A stretch of 64,000 nucleotides of DNA from Octopus sinensis (lineage: Eukaryota): NCBI RefSeq assembly GCF_006345805.1, contig NC_042997.1, forward strand, positions 45,012,001 through 45,076,000, given 5' to 3'. The translations under genes were made by a program, and so were the position numbers. Positions 40,786 through 55,944 of this stretch are shown one piece after another. Every line of letters starts with the position of its first letter. Positions within the stretch are counted from its first letter, which is position 1. The notes beneath the pieces are model-generated. The model did no database searches. It had not been told where the DNA came from and was given only the letters and a program-made list of their open reading frames with translations.

Positions 40786-41529
40786 AGGCTTTCGTACAGT
40801 TTCCATCTACCAAATTCACTCACAAAAGCATTTGATTAGCTCAAGATTGGAATAGCACAAGATATTGTGCAGTGGAACTGAACTCGAAATCCAATGGTTG
40901 CAAAGCAAGCTTCTTAACCACACACCCGTACCAGCATCCATTGCAGTTTGACAGTTTCTAGTTTCATGTGGAAGAGAAAACCTTTTTAGTTCTGATGTTT
41001 TTGTCACATATTCTAACAGTAACTTTGTGGCTGTGTCTGATATATGGTATGCAGTTTCATTAGCTATTTTAATGATGTATTCAAAAGTGGTTCTTTCAAC
41101 ATATCTGGGGGTTTTTTCTGAATGTTTTTTTCTGTCTTTCACACAAAAGTGAGAAAATATCCAACGAAAAAGATTGCGCTGCTTAAAAAAAAAAGAAAAG
41201 TTGGTTGTGATTTGACAAAATATACTGACACAATATATGTATACCAAACAGAACTATAATAAAAGTAACTGCAATAATAATAATGATGATGATGATGATG
41301 ATATTGCTGATGGTGGTGGTGATGATGATGATGGTGATGGTGATTATGATGATAATAATAATAATAATAATGATGATGATGATGATGATGTTGCTGATGG
41401 TGGTGGTGATGATGATGATGATGGTGATGGTGATGATGATGATGATGATAATAATAATAATAATGATGATGATGATGTTGCTGATGGTGGTGGTGGTGAT
41501 GATGATGATGATGATGATGATTGTGATGG

Positions 41530-41578
<49 letters not shown>

Positions 41579-42394
41579 AATAATAATAATAATAATAATA
41601 ATGATGATGACGATGAACACAATAATATCAGCAACACTTCATTTTAAGTGCAATCTCTTTTCAAAAGGCAAAAATATTTCTGAAGCTCATGTAAATGAAG
41701 ATAAGAAAAAACAGACAAAAATCAAAACTTGAAAGAGATATAAAAAGAACAATAATATAAGTGTCTGCAAACTGAACTAGCACAAAGAATGAAGATGACG
41801 GCGAATTTCAAATAAAAACTGACAACATGTGATGTAATATATATAAAACTGTAGTCTTCTCAATAGATTAAATTCTTTCAAAATCTTGGTGCAGAACATA
41901 TTTTCTTTGTTTTTATTATTATTATTATTATTATCTCCACAACAACAAAATGCATGCAAGCATGCATCATGCAACACAGTTTTACATATATTAAAGTTTC
42001 ACAGGATCAGCCAGAGATGTCTTGTGTTTGAAACAGAAAATCCACAGAATGAATGAATGAATGAATGAATTGATTAAGTAAATGAAGGAGATGTCTGGTG
42101 TGTCACAGGGAAATAATGAAAGGATCAAAGAATTTCAAAATGTTTGCTGTCAACGTTCTGCCATTCTTATGAAGAACTACTGATTCAAACAAGAGAAATA
42201 GAACTCAATACATAAAGTAGAGTGTTCATGTTATTTTATTAACTTGGTGGGTGTAAACAAATTGAATGGTTATAAAGTTTGCTTCTCAGTCATAAGAATG
42301 CAGTTCAGTTCCACTGCATGACACCAATATTATAGCTGCAGGGTGATCAAAGCCATGTGAGTGGATTTGATAGTCAGAAACTGAAAGAAGCCTA

Positions 42395-42438
<44 letters not shown>

Positions 42439-45400
42439 GTATAAATATATATATATATAAATATATAAATATATAATATATATATATAAATATATATATA
42501 TACACATTTGTCTTATGAAGAAAGGCTGAAGACGCTCGACCTTTATTCACTAGAAAAAGGCCGCCGCCGTGGAGATCTCATTCTTGCTCACAATATCATG
42601 AGCGGAAAGTGTAACCTCTCGAAAGAGCTGTTCTTCACTCCTGCTCCAGAGCGTCGGCTGCGGGGTCATTCCGAAAAGCTCTATCTGCGACGATTTCATC
42701 TCAATCGAAGGAGAGGGGCTTTCTCCGTCCGGGTTGCTGATCCGTGGAATAAGCTCCCAGACGAGATGGTGAAGATGCCGACAACCGCTCGGTTCAAAGT
42801 CTCCCTTGACCTCAAGTGACCTGAACTCTTTACATGAACACCACCCTGTACATAACTCCATGTCCCCCTACATGGCCTTGCTTTTTGCTTTTTGAGCCAA
42901 AAAATTAACTAACTAACATACATATACATATCATCATCATCATCCTGTAACATCCATTTTCCACACTGGCAAACCAGAGAGCTGCACCAGGTTCCAGTCT
43001 GATTTGGCCAGATTTTTATGGTTGAATGCTCTTCCTAATGCCAACCACATTACAATGTGTTCTGGGTGCTTTTTAGGTGACATTGGCACAGGGATCCTGC
43101 AGGCCAATCCTTTTCATCAGGGAGAGCAGCATTACTACTTCTGTCGTGGAGGACGGGTCTTCTTAAATACAGCAAGGTGCCTGTGTGTGTGTTTGTTTGT
43201 GTCTCATTGCCTTGACATCACATGATAGTTGTAAACGAGTATGACAATGATACAAGCAGTGGCCTTCATTTCTCACCTTCCTTGGAAACATGTCCAGCCT
43301 AAGAGAGATAATATCTTTCTTAGCAACAGGTGAGGGTTGGCAACAGGAAGGATACCTGGCTGTAAGCAAACCTGCCAGCAGGGAATTGTGGAAGATGGCT
43401 GTGCAGTTATGATGTTTGCTCCTTAAATATGAGGTTTCAGGTTCAGTTCCACTATGTGGCACCTTAGATAAGTGTCTTCTGTGATAGTACCAGGATGGCC
43501 ATTGCTTTGTGAGGGAATCTCATAGATGCAAAATGAAGATAGCCTATTGTATGTACATATGTGTGTATGAATGTGAATAAATGTTGACTAGCAGTATCGC
43601 CCGGCGTTGCTAGGGTTTGTAAGGGAAATAACTATATAAGTATTTTTAGAGAGTTACTTCCCTTATATAATAGCAAAAAATGCATTAAAATGGGAAAAAA
43701 TGATGGTAAATTTTTAAAAAATCGTAGACTCATCGTAGACGCGCGCTAATACTCAGAAGGGCTCGATATGAATCACGACTATAAGATACCCGGTTTTGGT
43801 TAAACTGCACCGCAAAATGTGGGAGTAGTTAGGAATCTAAATCGTAGGCGACAGACAGCACACAACCTCTCTTTTATATATAAGGATATTCCGTGTTGGT
43901 CACTGTAAAAATGGTGAGGTCACATTCCTTGTTGACATTAAAACTGGTTGTTTTAGCATGGAAGAATAAACACTAACCGTTTTGTTACCATATTTATTTT
44001 GAGATGCTCTGTATTTCAGTCAATTAATTTTAAATATAACAAAGAATTTAGTAAAATAACTTAGTTATTATTAAGCTTGTGTTAGGAACCTAAATTGTGA
44101 CTAAGGTTTGGAGGAAGATTTTAGTTCAAAACTTATGAAAACAAGACACCTTGGGCAAGTGTCTTCTACTATAGCCTCGGGCCGACCAAAGCCTTGTGAG
44201 TGGATTTGGTAGACGGAAACTGAAAGAAGCCCGTCGTATATATGTATATATATATATGCATGTGAGTGTGTATGTTTGTGTGTCTGTGTTTGTCCCCCTA
44301 GCATTGCTTGACAACCGATGCTGGTTTGTTTATGTCCCCGTCACTTAGCGGTTTGGCAAAAGATACTGATAGAATAAGTACTGGGCTTACTAAAGAATAA
44401 GACCCAGGGTCGAGTTGCTCGACTAAAGGCGGTGCTCCAGTATGGCCGCAGTCAAATGACTGAAATGAGTAAAAGCGTAAAGAGTAAAGAGTATTTATGC
44501 TACAGAGCCAGAGGCGGTTTCAGGTGGGTGGGTATCAAAAGGGTTAAACAAACAAACAAAAGACAAATCAGAATTAGTCAGAATGTGAAATAATGTTTGT
44601 AAGTTTGTATCCACATTCCCATACTGTTATAATTATCATCATTGTCATTGTCATTTACTGTCCATTTAACCCTGACTGAGCGGAACCGTGCTTACAAATA
44701 TTCCAGCAATGACCACCCAATTATTTCTTCATTGCTTAACCCAGATCTGATCTGATTGGATAGAATTAGGATCAAAGTATGTAATTCTGTCTGTCTCTAT
44801 AACTAGGCCTACTTTGTCTAACGTGTGGCTTTAAACTGATACATCATTGTTGATTGTGATCAGCCCACAAGACTAGTTTTGTTTCTCGAAGTTTAGTACT
44901 TATTGACCTATTTGTCAAAAACACTAAGTTACAGTAGAAGATCAGAGCATCATATTTCATGTGGGGTCATCATGCACAGACACACACGCAATAAGTTATA
45001 GTTTCTATTTAAAAATTTCACTTACAGCATATTGGTCTGCCTGAGGTTATAATGGAAGACATTTACTCTTTTACTATTTTACTTCAGTCACCTGACTGCG
45101 GCCATGCTGGAGCACTGCCTTTAGTTGAGCAAATCAAACCACAGGACTTATTCTTTGTAAGCCTAGTACTTATTCTATCAGTCACTTTTGCTGAACTGCT
45201 ACGTTACGGGGACGTAAACACACCAGTATCAGTTGTCAAGCAATGTTGGGGGGACAAACACAGACACACAAACACACGCACACATACATATATATATGTA
45301 TATATTTATATATATACATATACACGATGAGCGTCTTTCAGTTTCTGTCTACCAAATCCACTAACAAGGCTTTGGTTGGCCTGAAGCTATAGTAGAAGAC

Positions 45401-46318
45401 ACTTGCCCAAGGTGCCATGCAGTGGAACTGAACCTGGAACCATGTAGTTGGTAAGCAAGCTACTTACCACACGGCCACTCCTGTGCAAGATGTCATCTAG
45501 TGAGACTGAACCCCAAACTACATAGCTGTGAATATATATCATCATCATCATTTAACATCCATTGTCCATGCAGGTATGGGTTGGACAGTTTGACCAGTGC
45601 TGGCAAGCTGGGAGGCTGCACCAGACTCCAGTCTGTTTTGGCATGGTTTCTCTGGCTGGATGCCCTTCCTAATGCCAACCACTCCAAGAGTGTAATGGGT
45701 GCTTTTATGTGCCATTTGCATGACACCAGTATCTGCCACAACAGCAGTTTTACTTGGCTTGATGGGTCTTCTTCTCAAGCATCGCATGATGCCAAATGGA
45801 CTCAGTCACTGCCCCTGTGAGGCCCAATCCTCCAAGCATGTAATAATGCCAAATGGTCTAATGCAATGCTTCTCAAATGGTGAACTGCACATTGCAAAAT
45901 AAAATTATAATTTAAAGTTTTTAGAAAATGCATTTTAATAACTCTTTGAAAACTTGCTATTCATAATTTTGCTAAACTCATTAATGCTAGTGGCATGAAA
46001 AAGGCGTCTAGAACACACTGTAAAGTGGCTGGCATTAGAAATGGGGCACTCAACCTGGTTTCGATACCTGGATACCCTTCCTAATGCTTAAGTTGACATT
46101 GGAGCTTGATGTAGTCCTGCAGCTTGCCAGGTTGTCAAGCTATGCAACCAGTGCCAACATGGAAAACAAACATTAAATGATGATGATGATGATGATTCAA
46201 ACAAGGACAATTCTAAATAGCTATTTTATTGCTTCCACACTTGTAAATTATTTTTTTTCAATATCACATTACAATATATGTAACTCAGTAGTAAAATTAA
46301 GACACACACACACACACA

Positions 46319-46359
<41 letters not shown>

Positions 46360-49107
46360 GTCTTTTTTGTGTTTAAATGTCTTAACATTAAACCGAAGGA
46401 TTACTCTACACTTTTTGTAGAGAACACATTTGGTATCTTTTACAAAGAAATGTTTGACAGTGACTTCTGGTATAAACTTATACCAACATAGAACATAGAC
46501 ATTTGATGGTGATGATGATGATGATGATAATAATACACAGGTGCAGGAGTGGCTGTGTGGTAAGAAGCTTGCTTCCCAACCACATGGTTCCAGGTTCAGT
46601 CCCACTGTGTGACACTTTGGGCAAGTGGCTTCTTCTATAACCTCGGGCCAACCAAAGCCTTGTGAGTGGATCTGGTAGACAGAATCTGAAAGATGCGCAT
46701 CATATTTATATACATGCATATGTGTGTGTGTGTGTGTATGTATGTGTGTGTGTGTCTGTGTTTGTTTTCCCATTACCACTTGACAACTGGCATTAGTGTG
46801 TTTACATCCCTGTAACTTAGTGGTCCAGCAAAAGAGACCAATAGAATTAGTACTAGGTTTACAAAGAATAAGTCCTGGGGTCAATTTTTTTTTACTAAAA
46901 ACATCTTTCAAGGTGGTGCTCCAGCATGGCCACAGTCAAGTGACTGAAACAAGTAAAAGAGTGAAAGAATGTGTGTATGTGTGTGTGCTAAAGCCTTTTG
47001 AATCGATACACCAAGTTTGATGTTGGTGATTATTCAAATACTTGACAAAGGAATGCAACACGACAATATGTAAATAAAAAAATTAATAAATACATCAACA
47101 TACTTTTAGTAATTCAGATTTGATTGGTTGGTGAAAAAAAACAAAAACAAAACTTAGAAAATACATCATACATGCATCTATTTGATTCTTATATACAAAA
47201 CATGCAATATATTCATTTATTCACATTCAAAAATATATTTTCATGACTAAGATGGTTATTGTTAATGCAGTTCTATTGCTGATGAAAAAAAAAATCCTTC
47301 TTACTTCTTCAATTTGAGACAGAATTTCAGGGTTTGAGAAATCCATCATGTAGGAAATAAACGATTTTAACCAGTTGGCATTTGGAAATTCCTTGACAAA
47401 TATTGATGGAAGTATCTGCAAGAATTTCCTAATCCTGATATTTTTCAGTCAAAATTACAAAAGGCTGGAATAAAAAGTTATGCTTCTCCAAAAGCAAGGA
47501 TCACATCTTTGTGAGCCATTAATATCAGAGGGAGGCAAGTGCTCTATAACGAACTTACCAATTTAGTGACTGCTTGCAGCATCATCTTTTAAACTTCTGA
47601 CATATTTGGAAAGTGAGGTAGTGAGGTACCTTTCTGAATGTCTGAGTGTGTATGCATGGTGCAAGAATGTTTCTTGAAAAGATTTTCAAAAACTCTATAG
47701 AAATTTTGTTTCATTATCTTCTTTCTGTTTTGCAAGCAACATCTTAGCTTAATTAATAATTGTTTTATAATTACACATTCCATAAGGAAGGTAGAAATTA
47801 GGGTTGTTGCAATGAGATAGAGATAAGTTTTGTGAGTAAGTACTGGAGAATTTTCTTTTGTTTATATTAACTATGGAACCAGAGAAGTTTCTGCTGCAAT
47901 GGTCAACAAGATTATACTAATCTAAGCGGTTTAGGGAAATCTTACCAACATTTGTGTGTTGAGAATTATACCATTTAATATTTCATTGCTTGCGTGTGTT
48001 ATATTTATAGTACTTCTAGTATAAAAATATCAAGGGTTTGGCAAGTGAAGAGATGAATATATCGTCTTTTTCATATAACAATTGAATTAGATCAATATGT
48101 GATGCATTTTCTAATTACTTTTTAGCATCCAATCAAAACTCAATGACTAATAATATCTTTGATGTGTTTATATACATTTTTGATGACATATCGTCAAATT
48201 GCTTCCAGTCTTTGATCTTTTGAATAATTGGCAATGTAACATTCAGAGTAACACTGCAAGAAACTTCAGCTTTTAGCAAAATACAGAAATCCTAATTTAT
48301 GTATTCAATACAATTTTTCTCCCCAAATTCACTAATATTCACCAACCACCTATTTATATAAAATTTTATTTTCGTTGAGTCAATCCCTTGCTACTCTGAA
48401 TTTCACATATAGGCGCAAAGGGTCATCAGGCAAGTTACAACTTATAACAGACTTGAAGACCTTGTGTACCCAGAGATAAAACTCAGGTAAGAAAGAGACT
48501 GGCTTGACTATGATTAGTCACATAATGCATTGAGTACTCTTTTTTTGCAATAGTCAATACTAAATGGATATATATATATAAATACAATGGGCTTCTTTCA
48601 GTTTTTGTCTACCAAATTCACTCACAAGGCTTTGGTTGGTCTGAGGCTATAATAGAAGACACTTGCCCGAAGTGCCACCCAGTAGGACTGAACCTGGAAC
48701 CCATGTTGTTGGGAAGCAAGCAAGCTTCTTACCACACACCCATGTCTGTACCTATATATATATATATATATATATGTTGGTAAAAACGGTAAGATAACAA
48801 AAGAAAGAAAGAGACCTCAATATTATGTAAATAAAGAAATTTATCTGTAAATGTAATATGTGACAATTATTCGTTAGCCAAGATAAAACTCTGAGTTTCA
48901 GATGCCGAGGTGGAAATCCAAACCACCATCTCTTCAGTTATTTGGCCATTGGAAAAACACTATCTTTCTGGGTTAATAAGCCTACATTTAGGGTTGGATA
49001 GGAAGTTCTCTTTGTTTTTCCAATGGCCAGATAACTGAAGAGATGGCTTCCGAATAATTGTCACATATTACATTTACAGATATATATATATATATATGTA
49101 CATACGT

Positions 49108-49157
<50 letters not shown>

Positions 49158-52100
49158 TTTGTATGTATGTATGTATTATGTATGTATGTATTATGTATGT
49201 ATGTATGTATATTTTTTGCTTAGGTATATTAATACTAATAACCTGGTGTTATAACCCAATAAACATTCATTTCAGAATAACATGTTAATCAAGTATAAAA
49301 CAAAATATGAAATTTCAGTCTTGCAGTCAATGCTTAAAAATAAAAAGAAATGTAGTTTAACTACTTTGATTTAATCTTAAAGATGTGTGTGTATGTGTGT
49401 GTGTGTGTGTGTAAAGTGACGGTAAAGCTGAATGAGGCTTCAAGATTCACCTGTTAGTTTATTCAAGCACTTCACAATAAATATAGGGACACTGAATCAG
49501 TGGATGCTCCATTGCTCTCCTTAAATTTGTTTTGATATAATAACCTTATTTTAACGCATTCATGGTGCAATGTAAAAAAGCACTCCATATAGAGTCTGTG
49601 AAGTGGTTGGCATAAAGAAGGGCATCCAGTAGTAGAAACCATGTCAAAGCAAACCAAGCTGTCTTCTGGCATGCAGGCTCCTCTCGAACTGTCCAACCCG
49701 AGCCAGTATGGAAAGTGGATGCTAAATGATGATGATGATATATATTGCATTTTAAACACGACTTATTACTGGCTTTTGCATTACTCTTTAGTCAAATGGA
49801 AAGAGCAGTGCGCATGACCCTTTATAGAATCTTCAAGATTAATTGGAAGGGGAAGGAAGAAGGTTCTCTGAAACTGGAGACATGACCTAAATGCTTGTAA
49901 CAGAATAGACTCTGTTATTGAAGTTTGAATTCAGAACAAAGAGAACCAGAGCAAATATGGAAAAAGTATCCTGTCTGATGGTATCATCATCATCATCATC
50001 CTCATCATCATCATCACCATCATTTAACGTCTGTTTCTTATGCTGGTTTGGGTTGGACAGTTTGACTGAAAACTGGGAAGTCAGGGAGCTGCACCAGGTT
50101 CCAATGCGATTTGGCAAGGTTTCTATGGCTAGATGCCCTTCCATATGCCAACCACTCCAAAAGTGTGGAGAGTGAGTTTTGTGTGCCACCAGCACTGGTG
50201 CCATTGATGTGACACTGGCATCGGCCACGACTGTGACCACACTTGGCTTGACATGTCTTCTCAATGTTTCTGCCAAACCACTATCCTAAGGTCTAATGTT
50301 TCTGCCAAACCACTATCCTAAGGTCTAATGTTTCTGCCAAACCACTATCCTAAGGTCTAATGTTTCTGCCAAACCACTATCCTAAGGTCTAATGTTTCTG
50401 CCAAACCACTATCCTAAGGTCTAATGTTTCTGCCAAGCCACTATCCGAAGGTCTAATGTTTCTGCCAAACCACTATCCTAAGGTCTAATGTTTCTGCCAA
50501 ACCACTATCCTAAGGTCTAATGTTTCTGCCAAACCACTATCTAAGGTCTAATGTTTCTGCCAAACCACTATCCTAAGGTCTAATGTTTCTGCCAAACCAC
50601 TATCCTAAAGTCTAATGTTTCTGCCAAACCACTATCCTAAGGTCTAATGTTTCTGCCAAACCACTATCCTAAGGTCTAATGTTCTGCCAAACCACTATCC
50701 TAAGGTCTAATGTTCTGCCAAACCACTATCCTAAGGTCTAATGTTTCTGCCAAACCACTATCCGAAGGTCTAATGTTTCTGCCAAACCACTATCCTAAGG
50801 TCTAATGTTTCTGCCAAACCACTATCCTAAGGTCTAATGTTTCTGCCAAACCACTATCCGAAGGTCTAATGTTTCTGCCAAACCACTATCCGAAGGTCTA
50901 ATCTTTCTGCCAAACCACTATCCGAAGGTCTAATGTTTCTGCCAAAACCACTATCCTAAGGTCTAATGTTTCTGCCAAACCACTATCCTAAGGTCTAATG
51001 TTTCTGCCAAACCACTATCCTAAGGTCTAATCTTTCTGCCAAACCACTATCCGAAGGTCTAATCTTTCTGCCAAACCACTATCCGAAGGTCTAATGTTTC
51101 TGCCAAAACCACTATCCTAAGGTCTAATGTTTCTGCCAAACCACTATCCGAAGGTCTAATCTTTCTGCCAAACCACTATCCGAAGGTCTAATGTTTCTGC
51201 CAAAACCACTATCCTAAGCTGGTCTTTAATGGTGGATTCCTGAAGGTTGATCAACAAAGTTGACCTTGGAGGTGTTTGAACTCAGAACATATGGTATTGG
51301 AAAGACTATAGCAAAGCAAGTTCATCTGATGAGCTAATCACTCTGCTAGTTCACCACTTACATCATTTAAGATAAACGTGACATGTCATATCAACAGGCA
51401 GGTAAAAAAATACTTGTTTGTATTAATAGACAATTTTTTTTAAAATTCAACAAAATAACATAAAAATTGTAACAAATACAACCGGAGTAAAATAGATACA
51501 TTGATGATGAAATATATCAAAATGAGATAAGAAAAGTAAAGTAGTAAAATTCAAAGACACCACACACGCGTGCAATCCAATATAATTTATATGTACACAC
51601 TTTGTAAAAAATGCAAAAACCATACAGAAATTCAGTTGAACGATGCACTTAATTATACAAACACGAAAGCACATGCACACACACATGCATGTACACAGAC
51701 ACACACAAGATGCCTAGCTATTGACTAGTGATAACAATAAACAGACAAACAGAGACCATGCAAATCTTGTTTCAACCTATCACTTACTTAGTGTGTGATG
51801 ACAAGCTTTTAAAATTTGAATTAGCTGCCTTACATTATTTCATTTGTCATTCTGAATTGTTTATATAATTACACAGGTATGCTGACATACCATGTGATCA
51901 ATTACATATGAGGGTGCACACACCTGACAGTATGCTGGGAAGTCTGTTATAACCTGTCGTGTCTCGGTTTATAAAACCAGTGCGATGTATCCCCAAGTCT
52001 GACACTTCTCAAACTGACAAAAATACAACCTCCTCCCACCCATCCACCGGCTACAAAAAAAAAAAAAAATTACTGAAATACTTTTGTTCATCCCTTTCTT

Positions 52101-54016
52101 GATTAACGAGAAAACAATAATAAAGTCTGCATTTTTCTTTCTGTCTCATGGTAGTGAACAAATGTGGAGGCGCAATGGCCCAGTGGTTAGGGCAGCGGAC
52201 TCGCGGTTGTAGGATCGCGGTTTTGATTCCCAGACCGGGCATTGTGAGTGTTTATTGAGCGAAAACACCTAAAGCTCCACGAGGCTCCGGCAGGGGGTGG
52301 TGGTGATCCCTGCTGTACTCTTTCACCACAGCTTTCTCTCACTCTTACTTCCTGTTTCTGTTGTACCTGTATTTCAAGGGGCCGGCCTTGTCACTCTCTG
52401 TGTCACGCTGAATACCCCCGAGAACTACGTTAAGGGTACACGTGTCTGTGGAGTGATCAGCCACTTACACGTTAATTTCACGAGCAGGCTGTTCCGTTGA
52501 TTCGGATCAACCAGAACCCTCGTCGTCGTAACCGACGGAGTGCTTCCATCAGTGAACAAATGTAAAATGTTGGAAGCTATCTTAAATTTATTAAATATAG
52601 CAGCTATTCTGCTCCTTAATCCTCACATCTGCACTCTGACCCCCCCCCCAGCCCCCACTAGAAACATTCCATTAGCCTAATACTTCTATGACTTGACCAG
52701 TCCTGCTTCTACAGTAGACTCGACTTCTTTGAAATTGCAGACTCTTTCTAACCTGTCCCCAAAACAAATAACTCAATCGCTGCCTTTCCACCCCACCTAC
52801 ACACCCTTTACTCTATCTATGAATCATTTCCTTACTCCTCTTTCACTGACGTCCAGCTGGAGCACCAACTTCCATAGTATAGCAAATTACACCGATACTT
52901 GCTCAGTGCTTATAGTTATTGACGTCAGAGGGATAAAAAAAGCAAAGAAGACCTGGGTGTGATTTGAACACAGAATTTAAAGATACATAATTAAATACAC
53001 ATACAACAAGGATTATTGTCTCATAGATCTACAACTAATTTTATGATGTGAGCATTTTAGAAAATGTCTGAGCTTTCTGAACATTCTAGAAAACATTTCT
53101 TTTACTCAGAACATCAGCTGTCAGGAAACCCTTTCCTGACACAGTTTCTCCAACCACTCTTTTACAAACAAGAATTTGAAATAACAGTAAGGTCGACACA
53201 CAGTGGCTTTAACTCCCACATGTACCTCACCACCTATAAAGTGGCCCCTCAAAAAGCTATATCAAAATTGCTATCTAATGTAACAAATACAAAAAAGAAA
53301 ACTAAATAGTCCATTACCAGACGATATATTTATTACATGTAGCAGCCGCCACATGAATTTGTTATCATTTTAGTGGATACATAAATAACTTCTTTCTATC
53401 TAAATGACATAAATCACATCGAACAGTGATGTTAAATATTATAAAAACACACACAAACACTGTGTTATCTATAACTCCAACGATAATTATTTTACTACAT
53501 ATAATTTCCCTACTAAACTCCAGACGTTTTCGCTACATAAAACAAACCTATGCTAATTGTAGGCGAATACACAAACTTTTTTCCCCAGTTCAGGTAGTTA
53601 TTTACTTTTCTTATAACCCTGTTTTATGCCAGGTAACATGAAAATGTTATTTTGAAATATCACAGCAAAAGGGAAAAAAAACTTCGACTATAAAGACATG
53701 CAAACGTTAGCAGTTATTGAACATTTGACATAGGAAAGAAAGAAAAGAAAGAAAAAACGAAAATAACGACGCAATAAATATACAATGTAAGAACTAGAAG
53801 AATTCATGTGTGGGGGGAACAATCAGTGACTCAACAGGCAGATATCGTGCAAGGGAGAGAAGCATGTCATGGACTGTTTTTTTTTTTTCTTCTGCCAGAG
53901 GGAAATTACCTACCTTCTATAAGGTCAGAACCACAAATACAAGGATGAAACGAAGAATTGGATTAAAAGAAGAAAAAAAAGGAAGAATTTATAAAAAACG
54001 TTGAATCAAGACAATT

Positions 54017-54056
<40 letters not shown>

Positions 54057-54894
54057 TATATATATATACTTATACACACATATATTATACATATATATTA
54101 TACACATATATATATATATATAATATATATATATATATACATATATATATTATATACATATATATATATACATATATATATTATATACATATATATATTA
54201 TACACATATATATACTATACACATATATATACTATACATATATATATTATACACATATATTATACATATATATATATTATACACATATATTATACATATA
54301 TATATATTATACACATATATTATACATATATATATATTATACATATATAGATATATATATATCTTTGTAAGTGTGTGTATTAATATATGCGTGTCTAGAC
54401 ATATCTATGTATACTTATGTGTATACATAATATACAAATATATTTATACACACACAAAAAAAATTATATACAGACGTATGTGCATGCACACACACACACA
54501 CACACAGAGACAGACACACACACACACACACATATATATAGGCACATACACACATATATATATAGAAACATACAGAAGTATAAATATATATATTTCTAGT
54601 CACATTCATCCACAAATACAAACACACACTCCTCAAATTTGTTGATAAAAGTGAGCGATGTTACAGCTCCTATGTCTACAGCTTTTAACATTAGGCATAA
54701 GCAAGTTTTTGCTTACTGACACTAACTGCATGGCACTCATCACAAATTGTTCTGTGTAGGAAGGAGATGAAGAGGTACAAGAATTTCTTGACCTAAACAC
54801 CATGGTTGTTAGTTCCATATGGGAGCTAAGCAGGCACTATAAATGCATACCTATGCAATAAAAATCATACAGATTTCTTAAAATGCAAAATGAA

Positions 54895-54942
<48 letters not shown>

Positions 54943-55128
54943 TATAATAGTAATAATAATAATAATAATAATAATTATAATAATAATAATAATAATAATA
55001 ATTATAATAATAATAATAATAATAATATTATAATAATAATAATAATAATAATAATAATTATAATAGTAATAATAATAATAATTAATAATAATAATAATAA
55101 TATAATAATAATAATAATAATATTATAA

Positions 55129-55171
<43 letters not shown>

Positions 55172-55238
55172 AATAATTATAATAATAATAATAATAATGA
55201 TAATAATAATAATAATTATAATAATAATAATAATAATG

Positions 55239-55275
<37 letters not shown>

Positions 55276-55350
55276 TATAATATAATAATAATAATAATAA
55301 TTATAATAGTAATAATAATAATAATTATAATAGTAATAATAATAATTATA

Positions 55351-55385
<35 letters not shown>

Positions 55386-55430
55386 TATAATAGTAATTAT
55401 AATAATAATTATAATAGTAATAATAAATAA

Positions 55431-55473
<43 letters not shown>

Positions 55474-55647
55474 AATTATAATAGTAAAATAATAATAATT
55501 ATAATAGTAATAATAATATAATAATAATAATAATATAATAATAGTAATTATAATAAATAATAATAATAGTAATAATAATAATATAATAATAAATAATAAT
55601 TATAATAGTAATAATAGTAATAATAATAATAATAATAAATAATAATA

Positions 55648-55726
<79 letters not shown>

Positions 55727-55777
55727 GTAATTATAATAATAATAATAATAATAATTATAATAGTAATAATAATAATA

Positions 55778-55833
<56 letters not shown>

Positions 55834-55884
55834 GTAATATAATAATAATAATAATAATAATATATAGTAATAATAATAATAATA

Positions 55885-55944
<60 letters not shown>

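Noticed and set aside
40816-41247. 143-aa minus-strand ORF with a strong-looking acceptor at 41179-80
   Set aside because: No recognisable domain, its 3' end runs into a SINE-A head, and in the sdk frame it reaches a stop within about 30 codons. At most a cryptic exon.
41183-41732. Poly-I, poly-D/N, poly-M and poly-S ORFs (also 3795, 54883, 55600, 56464)
   Set aside because: These are translations of trinucleotide microsatellites.
47900-48520. Possible hAT transposase remnant
   Set aside because: Only a vague resemblance in translation; no diagnostic motif or TIRs found.
50263-51218. 32-bp repeat array as a CRISPR locus
   Set aside because: Units are head to tail with no unique spacers, there are no cas genes, and the context is a eukaryotic intron.
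53119-53141. Perfect 10-bp hairpin TGTCAGGAAA-CCC-TTTCCTGACA
   Set aside because: A single short hairpin is plausible by chance in 64 kb and has no supporting context.
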